DNA of 64,000 nucleotides from Candidatus Hadarchaeum sp. (GCA_020725895.1 DYTO01000002.1:3966-67965); one strand, 5' to 3'. Shown: positions 49,319 to 59,435, counted from the first letter of the stretch. Numbers and translations are program-made. Notes: generated by a model not told the origin, from the sequence alone.

Positions 49319-51938
49319 CTATCTGTGACAATATCTTCTTCACGTTCACAGATTTTCCTCCTTCGCTCCTCGAGGGGTCGACGTTGTCCTCCCCGTAAAC
49401 GAACTGAACTATGTATCCCCTGTCGTCCCTCACAGTCCCATCGTATTCCACGCGCAAGTCCTGGAGCGCGTTGATCAAGCGCCTCTGCAGATAACCGCTT
49501 TGCGCGGTCCTAACGGCAGTGTCGACGAGACCTTCCCTTCCACCCATCGCGTGGAAGAAGAACTCCAGAGGCTTCAGACCACCCTTGTAGCTTGAGCTGA
49601 TGAACCCGCGTGCGTCCGCGCCCAGGTCCCCGGCCTTGAAGTGCGGCAATGTCCTCCCCTTGTACCCGCGGCTTATCCTCTCACCCCTCACCGACTGCTG
49701 CCCCACGCAAGCCGCCATCTGCGTCAGGTTGAGCATGCTGCCCCTCGCGCCCGTCCTCGCCATCACCACGGCGTGGTTGGTTAGACCAAGGTATTTTTCG
49801 GCGATCGAGCCAGCCGTGTCCCTGCTCTCTGCGAGGACCCCCATTATCCTCATCTCTAGGGTCTCGTGGAGAGACCGACCTGGCAGGGGTTCCAGCTCCC
49901 CGGCGTTGTAGACTTCAATCAGCTTCTTCACCTTTTCTTTCGCATCGTCTATCGCCTCGTTGATCCTATCGATGGCCTCCGTCGGGATGTCCTCGTCGTC
50001 TATCCCGGTCGTGAATCCGAACTTCATCGCGGAAGCTATCGAAAGCTTCGTGGCGTTGTCGAGGTAATCCTTCGCGGCGGTCGTCCCGTAGTCTTTGATT
50101 ATCCTATCGAGTATCTCGCACCTGTCGAGGGCTTTCATCGCCCTTGCGTCGATCACCCCGGTGACGAGTTCCCCGTCCTTTATCGAGACGTACGCATCGA
50201 TCTCGCAATCCTCCTTCTTGCACGAGGCGCAGTTCTCGCATATCTTCGCCTTGAATCTCAGGTTGAGGTCCTTCGGGAAGAGCATGCTGTAAATCTGCTT
50301 CCCCGTCCAGTACTCCTCGCCGTCTTCCTTCCCGGCAGGTTTTGGCAAGTCCTTGAACATCCTCGCGCTCGCGAGAAGCTGCTGCGCGTCATCCCTGCTC
50401 AGCTTCGTGTCGCGCTTCGTCAGGAGGTAAGCGCCTGTTATGTGATCCTGTATCCCGCCGATGATCGGGCCCCCGAAGCGAGGCGAGAGAATCTGCTCCT
50501 GAACTTTCATCAGTATCCTGGCCTCGGCCTGCGCCTCTTCCGTCTGTGGCACGTGAACGTTCATCTCGTCGCCGTCGAAGTCGGCGTTGTAAGGCGGACA
50601 AACGCTCAAGTTCAGCCGGAACGTCTTGCCAGGGAGCACCTTGACCTCGTGGGCCATTATCGACATCCTGTGCAGAGAGGGCTGTCTGTTGAAGAGAACG
50701 ATATCCCCGTCCTTCAGGTGCCTCTCGAGCCTGTACCCGACTTCCAAGTTGTTTGCGAGCTCTTCCCTGTCGGCGTACCTCAGGTCGTAGCGTTTGCCGT
50801 CAGGGCTCATGAGATAGTTCGCTCCGGGATAGGCGTCCGGTCCGCGCCTGACAAAGTTCCTCAGGTCCTCCAGGTTGTGCTCCGTCACCCGCACAGGGAC
50901 TGTAAGCGTCTTGGCGACGTACTCTGTCAAACCTATCTCGTTGATGCTTATGTTCGGGTCGGGAGAAACCACGGTCCTCGCAGAGAAGTCCACACGCTTT
51001 CCCGAAAGGTTTCCTCTGAACCTCCCCTCCTTCCCCCTCAGCCTCTGCGCGATCGTCCTGAGCACCCGGCCAGACCTGTGCCTTGCGGGCGGCACTCCCG
51101 AGACGGCGTTGTCGATGTAAGTCGTGACGTGATATTGCAAAAGCTCCCAGAGGTCCTCTACGATAAGGTGAGGCGCACCGGACTCTATGTTATCTGCCAG
51201 TCTCTGGTTGATCCTTATTACGTCGACCAGCTTGTGAGTCATGTCGTCCTCCGACCTGACCCCAGACTCGATGGTTATGCTAGGTCTCACGGTGACTGGC
51301 GGCACGGGCACTACTGTTAGGACCATCCACTCGGGCCGAGCAACTAACGGGTCGATTCCCATCAGGAGAAGGTCGTCGTTCGGTATCTTCTCAAGCCTCT
51401 CCCTTACGTCGCTGGGCGTGAGCCTGTTCTTCCCCTCGTTGAACGATGTCGGTTTTTCGAACTTTATCTTTATCTTTTTTTCCTTGCAGTGGGGACATGT
51501 CTCAACCGCCGAGGCGTCCCTTATCGCCTTTTTCGAGATTTCCCACCATCTCCCGCCCTCCTTCTTCTGACTCTCTATCTCTTTTCTAATGTTTGTGGCC
51601 TTCTCGTCGGAAAGCAAGATTCGCCCACAGGTCCTGCTCCTGCAAGTTGCGCGCAGGCAATCGTAAATGTCTTCCACGTAGCCGATGTTCACGACTGGCC
51701 TCGCTATCTCGATGTGGCCGAAATGTCCGGGACAGTCTCTGGCGCCTGCACCGCATGTTCTGCATCTCAGGCCAGGGTCGATCACGCCGAGGCGGAGGTC
51801 CATCAGGCCCCCTTCTATCGGGTAGCCGTCCTCGTCGTACGTGTCGGCGGTGACAATCTTCGTGACGGACATCTTCCTTATATCGTCGGATGACATCAGC
51901 CCGAAATCGATCCTGTCAATCATTTTTGCTATCCTCAT
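49308..51938 (-). CDS. rpoA1: RNA polymerase subunit A'
   Basis: [27 protein letters not shown]. Confidence 0.98.
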   Translation of the reverse strand: MRIAKMIDRIDFGLMSSDDIRKMSVTKIVTADTYDEDGYPIEGGLMDLRLGVIDPGLRCRTCGAGARDCPGHFGHIEIARPVVNIGYVEDIYDCLRATCRSRTCGRILLSDEKATNIRKEIESQKKEGGRWWEISKKAIRDASAVETCPHCKEKKIKIKFEKPTSFNEGKNRLTPSDVRERLEKIPNDDLLLMGIDPLVARPEWMVLTVVPVPPVTVRPSITIESGVRSEDDMTHKLVDVIRINQRLADNIESGAPHLIVEDLWELLQYHVTTYIDNAVSGVPPARHRSGRVLRTIAQRLRGKEGRFRGNLSGKRVDFSARTVVSPDPNISINEIGLTEYVAKTLTVPVRVTEHNLEDLRNFVRRGPDAYPGANYLMSPDGKRYDLRYADREELANNLEVGYRLERHLKDGDIVLFNRQPSLHRMSIMAHEVKVLPGKTFRLNLSVCPPYNADFDGDEMNVHVPQTEEAQAEARILMKVQEQILSPRFGGPIIGGIQDHITGAYLLTKRDTKLSRDDAQQLLASARMFKDLPKPAGKEDGEEYWTGKQIYSMLFPKDLNLRFKAKICENCASCKKEDCEIDAYVSIKDGELVTGVIDARAMKALDRCEILDRIIKDYGTTAAKDYLDNATKLSIASAMKFGFTTGIDDEDIPTEAIDRINEAIDDAKEKVKKLIEVYNAGELEPLPGRSLHETLEMRIMGVLAESRDTAGSIAEKYLGLTNHAVVMARTGARGSMLNLTQMAACVGQQSVRGERISRGYKGRTLPHFKAGDLGADARGFISSSYKGGLKPLEFFFHAMGGREGLVDTAVRTAQSGYLQRRLINALQDLRVEYDGTVRDDRGYIVQFVYGEDNVDPSRSEGGKSVNVKKILSQIVGD

Positions 51939-51946
51939 ATTCCCAC

Positions 51947-54900
51947 CTAGACTCTCTCCCTCGTCCTTATCTTTGGCATCAGCCCCATGGATTTCATCTC
52001 GTCAACCAAAAGCTTGAACGCGTATGACATTTCCACCTCGTATATCTCGGACTCCTCCTCGCAGAACATGCAAACGGCGCGGTCGTGTCTCCTGTCGTAG
52101 ACGGCGAGGTTGCCGCACTTTCCGCAGACAAGGACTCTGTAGCGGTCGGAAGCGTCGAGTAGCCTCTCCTTCAGGAGCATCGCCGCCCCGTGACCGATTA
52201 TGCAGTCCCTCTCCATCTCCCCGAACCTCAGCCCGCCTTCCCTAGCGCGGCCCTCGGTCGGCTGGTGGGTCAGGACCTGGATCGGCCCGTGCGACCTCGC
52301 GTGGATCTTGTCAGCGACCATGTGGTGAAGCTTCTGGTAGTAGCAGGCGCCTATGAATATTTCAACAGGTATCTTCTCGCCCGTGACCCCGTTGTAAAGC
52401 ACATCCTCCCCGGTGTTCTTGAAGCCGAATTGCTTCAAAATCGCCCTCAGCTCCATCTCCGGAGTGTTGCTGAATGGAGTCCCGTCCATACGCTTGCCGA
52501 TGAACGCCCCGACCTTCCCCGCTATCATCTCCACAAGCATGCCGACGGACATCCTTGACGGGATCGCGTGCGGGTTTATCACGATGTCCGGAACGACCCC
52601 CTCCTCCGTGAAAGGCATGTCGGTGGTGTCCAGCACTATCCCGACGACGCCTTTCTGGCCGTGTCTCGATGCCAGTTTGTCACCTATCTCCGGGATTCTC
52701 TGGTCCCTCACCCGGACTTTTGTGAACAAGTTGCCGTCCAACGTGATCGATTTGAGTATCATGTCTGAGACTCCCTCCTCGCTCGGCCTCACCCTGATTG
52801 AGCTCTCGCGCCGCCCGTGCTCCTTCGCCAGCCCGAACTCGTCCATCTCCTCGAGGAATCTTGGCGGGCTGGTCTTCCCTATCAGGACATCCTCCCCTTT
52901 CACGTCCGTCTCCACCTCGATTATCCCGTCCTCGCCAAGGCTCCTGTATGAGCTGGTTTCCGCGTATCCCCTGATATCTTCTCCAGGCGTCTCAAACTTG
53001 TCCATCTCTCCGCCCGGGTACCTGATTTCCTCCGCCTCGTATATGCGGTAGAATGTCGTCCTACCGAAACCCCGCTCTATCATCGCCTTCTTCACGATGG
53101 CCGCATCTTCCATGTTGTATCCGCCGTAGGCGGAAATCGCGACAATGATGTTTTGTCCGGCCGCCCTCTTGTCGAAGCCGACAGCTTCCATGACCTTTGT
53201 CTTCACGAGCGGGACCTGGGGGTAGTGGAGGAAGTGTCCGCGCGTGTCGACTCTCGAGTGTATGTTGGTGAATGCCAGACCGAGCGCCTGCTTTGCCATA
53301 TTCGCTCCGTAAGTGTTCCTGGGCGACTGGTTGTGCTCGGCGTATGGGACGAGCGCGGTGCTTATCCCCAATATCGCAAGCTGGTGCAACTCGACATGGG
53401 AGTGGTCGCTCGTGATTTCATTCGAGTAGACAGCTATTAGGGCGTTCTCCTCCTCGTCGGGGTCCAGGTACTCGATGACTCCCTGGTTGATCAGGTCTTT
53501 CCAGGCAAGCTCGCCCTTCCTGACCTTTTCTATTATCTCATCGGTCAACTTTGGTTTCATGTTTTCGACCACGATCAGGGGGCGCCTTATCCTCCCTGCA
53601 TCGGTGTTGACCTTCACCTCATCCGTGTCGGCCCTGAACGTGACGTTGACCTGCTCATCGAGGTTCCCCTTTCTCCTGTTCTGGCGTATTTTGTCGGCGA
53701 GCTCTTTCCCGTTTTCAGATATCCCGACCAAACGACCGTTGATGTAAACTGCGGTCTTCCCTTTCCTCTCGCTGCTCTTCATTATCTTAGTGACGCCGAG
53801 CCTGCCGAGAAGTTTCTCGACCCTGCTCTCGTCTGTGCCTATCGAGATTTCGGCCGTTATCGCCAGGTTCTTAACGAGGCCGCAGTTAGGGCCCTCGGGC
53901 GTTTCCGAAGGACAGATCTTGCCCCAGTGCGTCGAGTGCAAGTCCCTGGCCTCGAAGTGTGGCTGGCTTCTGCTCAGCGGCGAGACGACTCTCCTCAGGT
54001 GTGAGACGGTCGCTATATAGTTCGTTCGGTCGAGAAGCTGGCTAACGCCAGTCCTCCCGCCTGGCCAGTTCCCGGTCGCGAGCGCGTGCCTTATCCTCTC
54101 GGTGAGGACGTCCGCGCGGGCAGCCGTCCTGAGGTTCAGCTCCCTGCCTCTCGCGTGTGAGCGCTCGAGCTGGTACTTGATGTCCCTGACGAGGTTCATG
54201 AATGCGAGCCTGAAGACGTTCTCGAGCAGGTCACCGGCGAGCTTTAGCCTCTTGTTGGCGTAGTGGTCCTTGTCATCGGCCCTGCGCCTTCCGAGCGCGA
54301 GGTCTAACACCTGCTCGGACATCCTGCCAAGATAGTAAGCTTTGTTCGGGCGGTCCTTCTGGTCGGTGCCTATGTGCGGGAGCAAATATTTGTCGAGGAC
54401 TTCCTGAGCGCGCTGGAGCCGGTAGTTCCTCGGCTGTCCGATCGCGACGCGTTTCCCGATGAAGTCGAGGGCATCCTGCCTAGTCTTCACCTCTACTGCC
54501 TCTTGCAGGTTCTCGAAGAGCTCTCTAACTATTTCAGGATCATCAGAAACAGCCTCGACTATTTCCCTGTCGCTCTCGAGGCCCAAAGCTCGCACGATCA
54601 CGACCAGCGGGACCTGTCCAGGCACAGCGGGGAATGAGACGCGCAGCAACCCGTCGCGCTTCCTCTCCACGACAACGAATGCGCGGAAGCCCCTGTGGCT
54701 TGAGAATACTTTCGCGACCTCTGTCCCGACGCGCTCGTCCCTCTCGACGAGGATCGCGTTCGAGGCGAGGTCCTCCTGCGCGACGATCACGCGCTCTGAA
54801 CCGTTGACGATGAAGTAGCCGCCCGGGTCGAGGTAGTCCTCGCCGTTGGACATCAGGTCGTCCTCGCTCATGCCGCTCAGCCTGCAAATCTTCGATTTCA

Positions 54901-55249
54901 GCATGACGGGAAGCTCGCCGATGTAGACATCCTCCGGAGGTTGGACCCGGCCGCCGATGTCGAGGCTCATCTCCAAAAAGACCGGCGCCGTGTAGCTCAG
55001 GTTCCTGAGCCGCGCCTCGTGGGGCCAGAGCTTCGGCCTGGAGCCGTCCGCCTCCTTGACAGATGGCTGCTCGAGCCTTATCTTCGCGAATTTCACATCA
55101 ACGCCTTCGATGTCGAGGTCGATCCCGCTTATCTCATCAATGACTTGCTGGAGGCCCCGCTCGACAAAATCGTTATAAGAATCAAGGTGCTGGCGGACGA
55201 GGCCCTTTTCCTTGAAAAAAGATTCAACAATCGGCCAAGTTTCTTGCAT
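51947..55249 (-). CDS. rpoB: RNA polymerase subunit B (unsplit)
   Basis: ETPEGPNCGL, GDKLASRHGQKG, GGLRFGEMERD. Confidence 0.98.
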   Translation of the reverse strand: MQETWPIVESFFKEKGLVRQHLDSYNDFVERGLQQVIDEISGIDLDIEGVDVKFAKIRLEQPSVKEADGSRPKLWPHEARLRNLSYTAPVFLEMSLDIGGRVQPPEDVYIGELPVMLKSKICRLSGMSEDDLMSNGEDYLDPGGYFIVNGSERVIVAQEDLASNAILVERDERVGTEVAKVFSSHRGFRAFVVVERKRDGLLRVSFPAVPGQVPLVVIVRALGLESDREIVEAVSDDPEIVRELFENLQEAVEVKTRQDALDFIGKRVAIGQPRNYRLQRAQEVLDKYLLPHIGTDQKDRPNKAYYLGRMSEQVLDLALGRRRADDKDHYANKRLKLAGDLLENVFRLAFMNLVRDIKYQLERSHARGRELNLRTAARADVLTERIRHALATGNWPGGRTGVSQLLDRTNYIATVSHLRRVVSPLSRSQPHFEARDLHSTHWGKICPSETPEGPNCGLVKNLAITAEISIGTDESRVEKLLGRLGVTKIMKSSERKGKTAVYINGRLVGISENGKELADKIRQNRRKGNLDEQVNVTFRADTDEVKVNTDAGRIRRPLIVVENMKPKLTDEIIEKVRKGELAWKDLINQGVIEYLDPDEEENALIAVYSNEITSDHSHVELHQLAILGISTALVPYAEHNQSPRNTYGANMAKQALGLAFTNIHSRVDTRGHFLHYPQVPLVKTKVMEAVGFDKRAAGQNIIVAISAYGGYNMEDAAIVKKAMIERGFGRTTFYRIYEAEEIRYPGGEMDKFETPGEDIRGYAETSSYRSLGEDGIIEVETDVKGEDVLIGKTSPPRFLEEMDEFGLAKEHGRRESSIRVRPSEEGVSDMILKSITLDGNLFTKVRVRDQRIPEIGDKLASRHGQKGVVGIVLDTTDMPFTEEGVVPDIVINPHAIPSRMSVGMLVEMIAGKVGAFIGKRMDGTPFSNTPEMELRAILKQFGFKNTGEDVLYNGVTGEKIPVEIFIGACYYQKLHHMVADKIHARSHGPIQVLTHQPTEGRAREGGLRFGEMERDCIIGHGAAMLLKERLLDASDRYRVLVCGKCGNLAVYDRRHDRAVCMFCEEESEIYEVEMSYAFKLLVDEMKSMGLMPKIRTRERV

Positions 55250-55253
55250 TCAA

Positions 55254-55496
55254 TCAACCCTCGATCACGTATCTGTACGCCAGGACCTTCCCGGCAGTCG
55301 GACTTTTTCTCGTGATCTTGACGATGTCGCCCGGTTTCGCGCCACAAGCCATCGCTGCCGGATCGTTGCTCCTTATCCTCGGCATCTGGAAGGCGCCGAT
55401 CTTGAAGCGCTTAAGCAACTCTTTGGTTTCCTCCTTTGACAACACCTTATGGTCCGGCACGAGCTCGTGCCCCAACACATCCCATTTTTCCGTCAT
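55254..55496 (-). CDS. rpoH: RNA polymerase subunit H
   Basis: HELVPDH, DP, RKSPTAG, YRYV. Confidence 0.96.
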   Translation of the reverse strand: MTEKWDVLGHELVPDHKVLSKEETKELLKRFKIGAFQMPRIRSNDPAAMACGAKPGDIVKITRKSPTAGKVLAYRYVIEG

Positions 55497-55513
55497 GAGG
55501 TTTCACCGCAAAG

Positions 55514-55588
55514 CGGGCCCGGTGGGATTCGAACCCACGACACCCGGCTTAAAAGGCCGGTGCGCTAGCCAGACTGCGCTACGGGCCC
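55514..55588 (-). tRNA. tRNA-Lys(UUU), intronless
   Basis: GGGCCCG...CCGGC CT TTT AA GCCGG...TTCGAAT. Confidence 0.95.
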
Positions 55589-55711
55589 CAAAAAGCGGCT
55601 GTCCTTTTTTGTGTTCGCTATTAACGTTGAAACCGAGGGCTTATAAATACTTTTGATTGGGGGACTTTGAAGTTTTTCGATGTTTTGGATTAGACGGGCA
55701 TAAACATCAGG

Positions 55712-55800
55712 CGCCCTGGCCGAGATTTGAACTCGGGGCAAAGCCTATCTGCGGAAACCGCGACAGGGCTTTATGTTAGACCGGGCTACACCACCAGGGC
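55712..55800 (-). tRNA. tRNA-Asp(GUC) with a 14-nt BHB intron at 37/38 (55747-55760)
   Basis: GCCCTGG TG GTGT...AAGCC CTGT CG^C GG-TTT-CC GCAG AT^A GGCTT. Confidence 0.92.
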
Positions 55801-56467
55801 ACCATTTCTCTAGATATTTTTCCAACTTAAGACGTTTGTGAGGAATCGCAATCCTCGGCAAAAGATAATTTTTTAGCCAATCGACGTTCTTTTTCGACAC
55901 GACGAATTCTATAGTCCACCAAGAACCCCGGATTATCCTTCCATAGTATACATGACTTTTGCTTTGCCAATACATCGAAACCTTGCAATTCATGTTCATT
56001 TGTATCGCATTTCTCAGCGCATAGTTCGGTTTTCCATTGCTGATCCTTATGCAGCACTGAGGGGTTTTTCTGCTGTACCCCCTGGAGCGGATATCGCCGT
56101 CACCATCAATCACACCTGCCAGATACGTGCCAAACAAAAATGGATTTTGAGAGATCCAAAGTGGGATGGTCATATCGCGAAAACGTATTTCTAAATTTTC
56201 CAGTGGTTCAAGCAAACATTTGACGCTTGTCCCTACTTTGTACCTGCCGTCGGAAAAGCGATGTATTTTCAGCTTTCTTCCCAAGCTAGAATCAAAATTT
56301 TCTGCAAATCTTTCGAGCATGGGCAACGATTTCTCGCCCACGGCAAGTGATATTTCGAAGACGCGAAAATCATTTCCATTCTTCTTGGAGATGTAAGACG
56401 TCCTTTTTCCATCCGAATGCAATGCACCTAGCCAATAAGCCAAATCTGCATTTTTCACCAAGTCCAT
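55745..56467 (-). mobile_element. Free-standing LAGLIDADG homing endonuclease HE4 between 5S rRNA and tRNA-Asp; ORF reads into the tRNA
   Basis: LAYWLGALHSDG and YLAGVIDGDG motifs; AT-rich. Confidence 0.85.
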
Positions 56468-56554
56468 CTCATTCCCGATCCAAATTCGGAAATTCATTTA
56501 AGCGGTTTGTCCACACGGGTCGCCGAAAGTAATCTTAGAATAACAGTAAGAAAA

Positions 56555-56679
56555 GGGCCGGCAGCGTATCGGAGTTCCCCATGGCTCGCGCACATGAGTA
56601 CAGTCCAGATCGCATGGCGGGTTTAACTTCCGGGATCGGACGAGACCGGGTGGGACCCCGCCGCTATGACCGCCAACCC
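56555..56679 (-). rRNA. rrf: 5S rRNA
   Basis: GGCGGTCATAGCGGCGGGG...CCGGAAGTTAAACC...GGGAAC...CGCTGCC; complementary ends. Confidence 0.93.
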
Positions 56680-56719
56680 AAAATTAATTGAAATTTCTTG
56701 GTTTTATAGATTACCTATA

Positions 56720-57565
56720 TCATTTGGAAGGCAGCGTGAACTGGAATATGGAGCCCTTCCCGAGCTGGCTCGTCACCCAAATCTTCCCGCCGTGCGCCTT
56801 CACTATCTCCTTGCATATCGCGAGGCCGAGGCCCGTCCCGCCGTACTTCCTCTTCCCGGAGCTGTCAGCCTGGTAGAATTTCGTGAAAAGCTTGCCCACG
56901 TCTTTTCGCCCAATACCGATTCCGGTGTCGACGACTTGCACGAGCACAGAGTTGCCGGTCTTGCTCGCCTTGAGGGTGATCCCGCCCTTGTCCGTGAACT
57001 TTATCGCGTTGTTCAGGAGGTTCGTCAGCACCTGCGTGATCCTCACGGCGTCGCCCTTGATAGTCGGCAGGTTCTTTGGAACGACCTTCTTCAGGTATAT
57101 CTTCTTCTCCTTCGCGAAAGGCTCTGCGCTCGAGACGGCGTCGTTCGCGAGGCTCTCGAGCCTGACCTCCTCCATGTTGAACTTCATGACCTTCGACTCC
57201 AGCTTCGCGATGTCGAGGATGTCGCCGACGAGCCTCTGCAGCCTCTTGGTGTTCCTGATCGCGATCTCTAGGCTCTCCCTGTCCTCGGAGTCGAGCTTTT
57301 TCTTGTCAATCAATTGCAAGTAACCGACCATCGGGACCATTGGCGTCTTCAGCTCGTGCGCGGCCATGTTCATGAACTCGGTCTTGAGCTTGTCCACGGA
57401 TTTCAGCTTCTCATGCGCGCGCCTGATCTCGGCCTCGTGCATATCCTTGATCCTGAGCAGCTGCCTCGTGTATCGCAGCGAGTTAATGATGATCGCCAGC
57501 TCTACTATCACGAGGGAGACGAGGGCGACGAAGGCCCCGATGATTATGATGTCTATGTCTGCCAA
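56720..57565 (-). CDS. Membrane sensor histidine kinase
   Basis: AHELKTP, NAIKFT, DTGIGI, GGTGLGL; N-terminal TM. Confidence 0.95.
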   Translation of the reverse strand: MADIDIIIIGAFVALVSLVIVELAIIINSLRYTRQLLRIKDMHEAEIRRAHEKLKSVDKLKTEFMNMAAHELKTPMVPMVGYLQLIDKKKLDSEDRESLEIAIRNTKRLQRLVGDILDIAKLESKVMKFNMEEVRLESLANDAVSSAEPFAKEKKIYLKKVVPKNLPTIKGDAVRITQVLTNLLNNAIKFTDKGGITLKASKTGNSVLVQVVDTGIGIGRKDVGKLFTKFYQADSSGKRKYGGTGLGLAICKEIVKAHGGKIWVTSQLGKGSIFQFTLPSK

Positions 57566-57590
57566 ACCATCACCGCGATTTCCGTTCTGT

Positions 57591-57956
57591 TCACGATTCC
57601 AGGAGCTCCTTTACCTTGGCCACAAGCTCGTCGGGGTCGAAAGGTTTTGAGATGTATTTCGGCATCCCGAACTTGAACAATTTCACTTGCGCTTGCGGGC
57701 CGATGTCGAGCGCCGAGAGGAAAGCTATCTTCTGGTTTTTGTTCATCGTCTTTATCTTTTCGAAGACCTTGTAGCCGTCGATGCCCGGCAGCATGATGTC
57801 GAGCAGGATCAGGTCTGGTTTGTCCTTTTCGTAGTTCTTGACGCAATCTTCGCCGTTATCGTAGCCGACGAAATCGTAGCCTTCTCTCTTCAATATCTTC
57901 TCGATCAGAGCCAAGGTTTCGGGGCGGTCCTCGATCGCCATTATTTTTTTCGCCAT
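57591..57956 (-). CDS. Single-domain response regulator (REC)
   Basis: IED, LLDIMLP, LSA, YISKPF. Confidence 0.95.
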   Translation of the reverse strand: MAKKIMAIEDRPETLALIEKILKREGYDFVGYDNGEDCVKNYEKDKPDLILLDIMLPGIDGYKVFEKIKTMNKNQKIAFLSALDIGPQAQVKLFKFGMPKYISKPFDPDELVAKVKELLES

Positions 57957-58030
57957 TCCACCACTTCATGTTTGTTTACTGAAATCAATCGCTCGGCGTG
58001 GTTTTATCTTTTTTGAAAATGGTTCGGAGA

Positions 58031-58142
58031 TGGTCCCGCGGGGGAGATTTGAACTCCCGACATGTCGGTGGCCGCTAAGGATCTACAGCCGACCACTCTA
58101 ACCAGGCTGAGTTTGCGGGGCGGTTTCGCGCCTTACCGCGGG
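58031..58142 (-). tRNA. tRNA-Tyr(GUA) with two introns: 9/10 (58113-58133, 21 nt) and 37/38 (58070-58082, 13 nt)
   Basis: C1:G72; GCGG TA^A GGCG-CGAAAC-CGCC CCGC AA^A; CTGT AG^A...GCGG CC^A. Confidence 0.92.
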
Positions 58143-58187
58143 ACGCGGGACCAGTTTAAGGTGAAATTCGTTTGTTAAAAATCTTCC

Positions 58188-58301
58188 TTATTTCTTCGCA
58201 GTTTTTATCGTGGATTTTTTCCGCTGTCCCGGCCAGCAGATCGGGCAGGACCCGCCGCCCGAATATTCGTGCCCGCGACTGCAAACTTTACGCCGCGTCA
58301 T
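58188..58301 (-). CDS. Putative Zn-finger microprotein (37 aa)
   Basis: Manual translation MTRRKVCSRGHEYSGGGSCPICWPGQRKKSTIKTAKK; starts 9 nt after the DUF763 stop. Confidence 0.55.
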   Translation of the reverse strand: MTRRKVCSRGHEYSGGGSCPICWPGQRKKSTIKTAKK

Positions 58302-58310
58302 TTTCCCAAC

Positions 58311-59435
58311 TCAAGTTGTTTTGATTTCTATTAAATCGTGAAGCCGGCGCACCGCACGGAGCTTCTCCTCGTTGCCGAGCCTAGCCCCGTCAATCGCGTT
58401 TTTCAAAATGTCTATCGTCTTCTGGTACGTTGGGCGGTCAACCGGGTAAGGTATCCCATCCTTCCCGCCGTGCGCCCAGCAGTACTTTGTGGGGTCCTTC
58501 CATGACGGCGGCTTCCCGTAGACGAGTTCAGAGACGAGCGCCAGCGCGCGGATAGACTTCGGTCCTATTCCGCGGAGTGAGACCAGCTCCTCGTAGCTAC
58601 TCGGCTGGATCTCGTAGGCGGCCTTCAGGGCCCGCATCGTGCGCTCCGTGAGTTCATCGATCGTGTGGCGCGCGGGCATGACAAGGATCTTCTGCGATTG
58701 CGAACGTTCGCAATAATCCTCAAGCGAAAGTTGCCCCGCCTTCCGGACGTACGGGCCGAGCCTAGTCGGGCAGTCGCGGACCAGGTCAAGGCTCGTCCCC
58801 CGCGCTTCCTCGCTCTCGCCCGCCGTCATATCGAGGACGGAACTTTCAACGCGCTCGGAGGCGATTCCCGAATGCGGCTCCTCGACAAATTCCGAAACGT
58901 TTTCGGAGAGCCAGTGGTATCGCCTGGCGAACATCTCGTTCATCCCCTGCTGGACGACAGCCCAGTCGCCGTCCTCGCTCATGATGAAAGTGTGGTGGTA
59001 AAGCTGGTAGCCGTCCTGGACGCACGAGTTGTCGACCTTGGCGGCCATCCTGCTCGCATACTTGAGTCGCTCGACTTTTTTCGAGCTCAGCGAAAAGACA
59101 CCGGAAACTTTTTCAATCTCATCTGGCGTCTTCCTGGAGACTTTCCCCTTCCCGCCGCAGACCGCAACGCCAAGCTCTTCGGGCTTTATCGCCTCCTTCA
59201 GGGCGCCCATCGTAGTTGTGGTCGTCCCGCTTGAGTGCCAGTCGAAGCCCATCACGCAGCTCAGAGCTTGGAAGAAGAAAGGATCTGCGAGCCTCCGAAG
59301 CAACTCTTCCCTCCCGTACTCCTCAACTATAATCGTCGAGATCTCCCCGCTCAGCTTCCTCATCCGGCCGAAAAGCCATGCTGGGCATTTGCCGCCGTGC
59401 AAAGGAAGCTGCGCCATGCCTACTCTTCTCAACAA
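58311..59435 (-). CDS. DUF763-family protein
   Basis: LPLHGG, DWHSSGTTT, QDGYQLYHH, AHGGKDG. Confidence 0.88.
   Translation of the reverse strand: MLRRVGMAQLPLHGGKCPAWLFGRMRKLSGEISTIIVEEYGREELLRRLADPFFFQALSCVMGFDWHSSGTTTTTMGALKEAIKPEELGVAVCGGKGKVSRKTPDEIEKVSGVFSLSSKKVERLKYASRMAAKVDNSCVQDGYQLYHHTFIMSEDGDWAVVQQGMNEMFARRYHWLSENVSEFVEEPHSGIASERVESSVLDMTAGESEEARGTSLDLVRDCPTRLGPYVRKAGQLSLEDYCERSQSQKILVMPARHTIDELTERTMRALKAAYEIQPSSYEELVSLRGIGPKSIRALALVSELVYGKPPSWKDPTKYCWAHGGKDGIPYPVDRPTYQKTIDILKNAIDGARLGNEEKLRAVRRLHDLIEIKTT

Noticed and set aside
49866..51320. Long antisense or alternative-frame ORFs (e.g. 49866-51320, 26868-28055, 29445-30614, 44649-46079)
   Set aside because: Shadow ORFs of GC3-rich conserved genes with no recognisable motifs
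55745..56497. HEs as ORFs inside large group I or BHB introns
   Set aside because: Neighbouring tRNAs and 5S rRNA are complete without them; no enclosing BHB or group I core seen by eye
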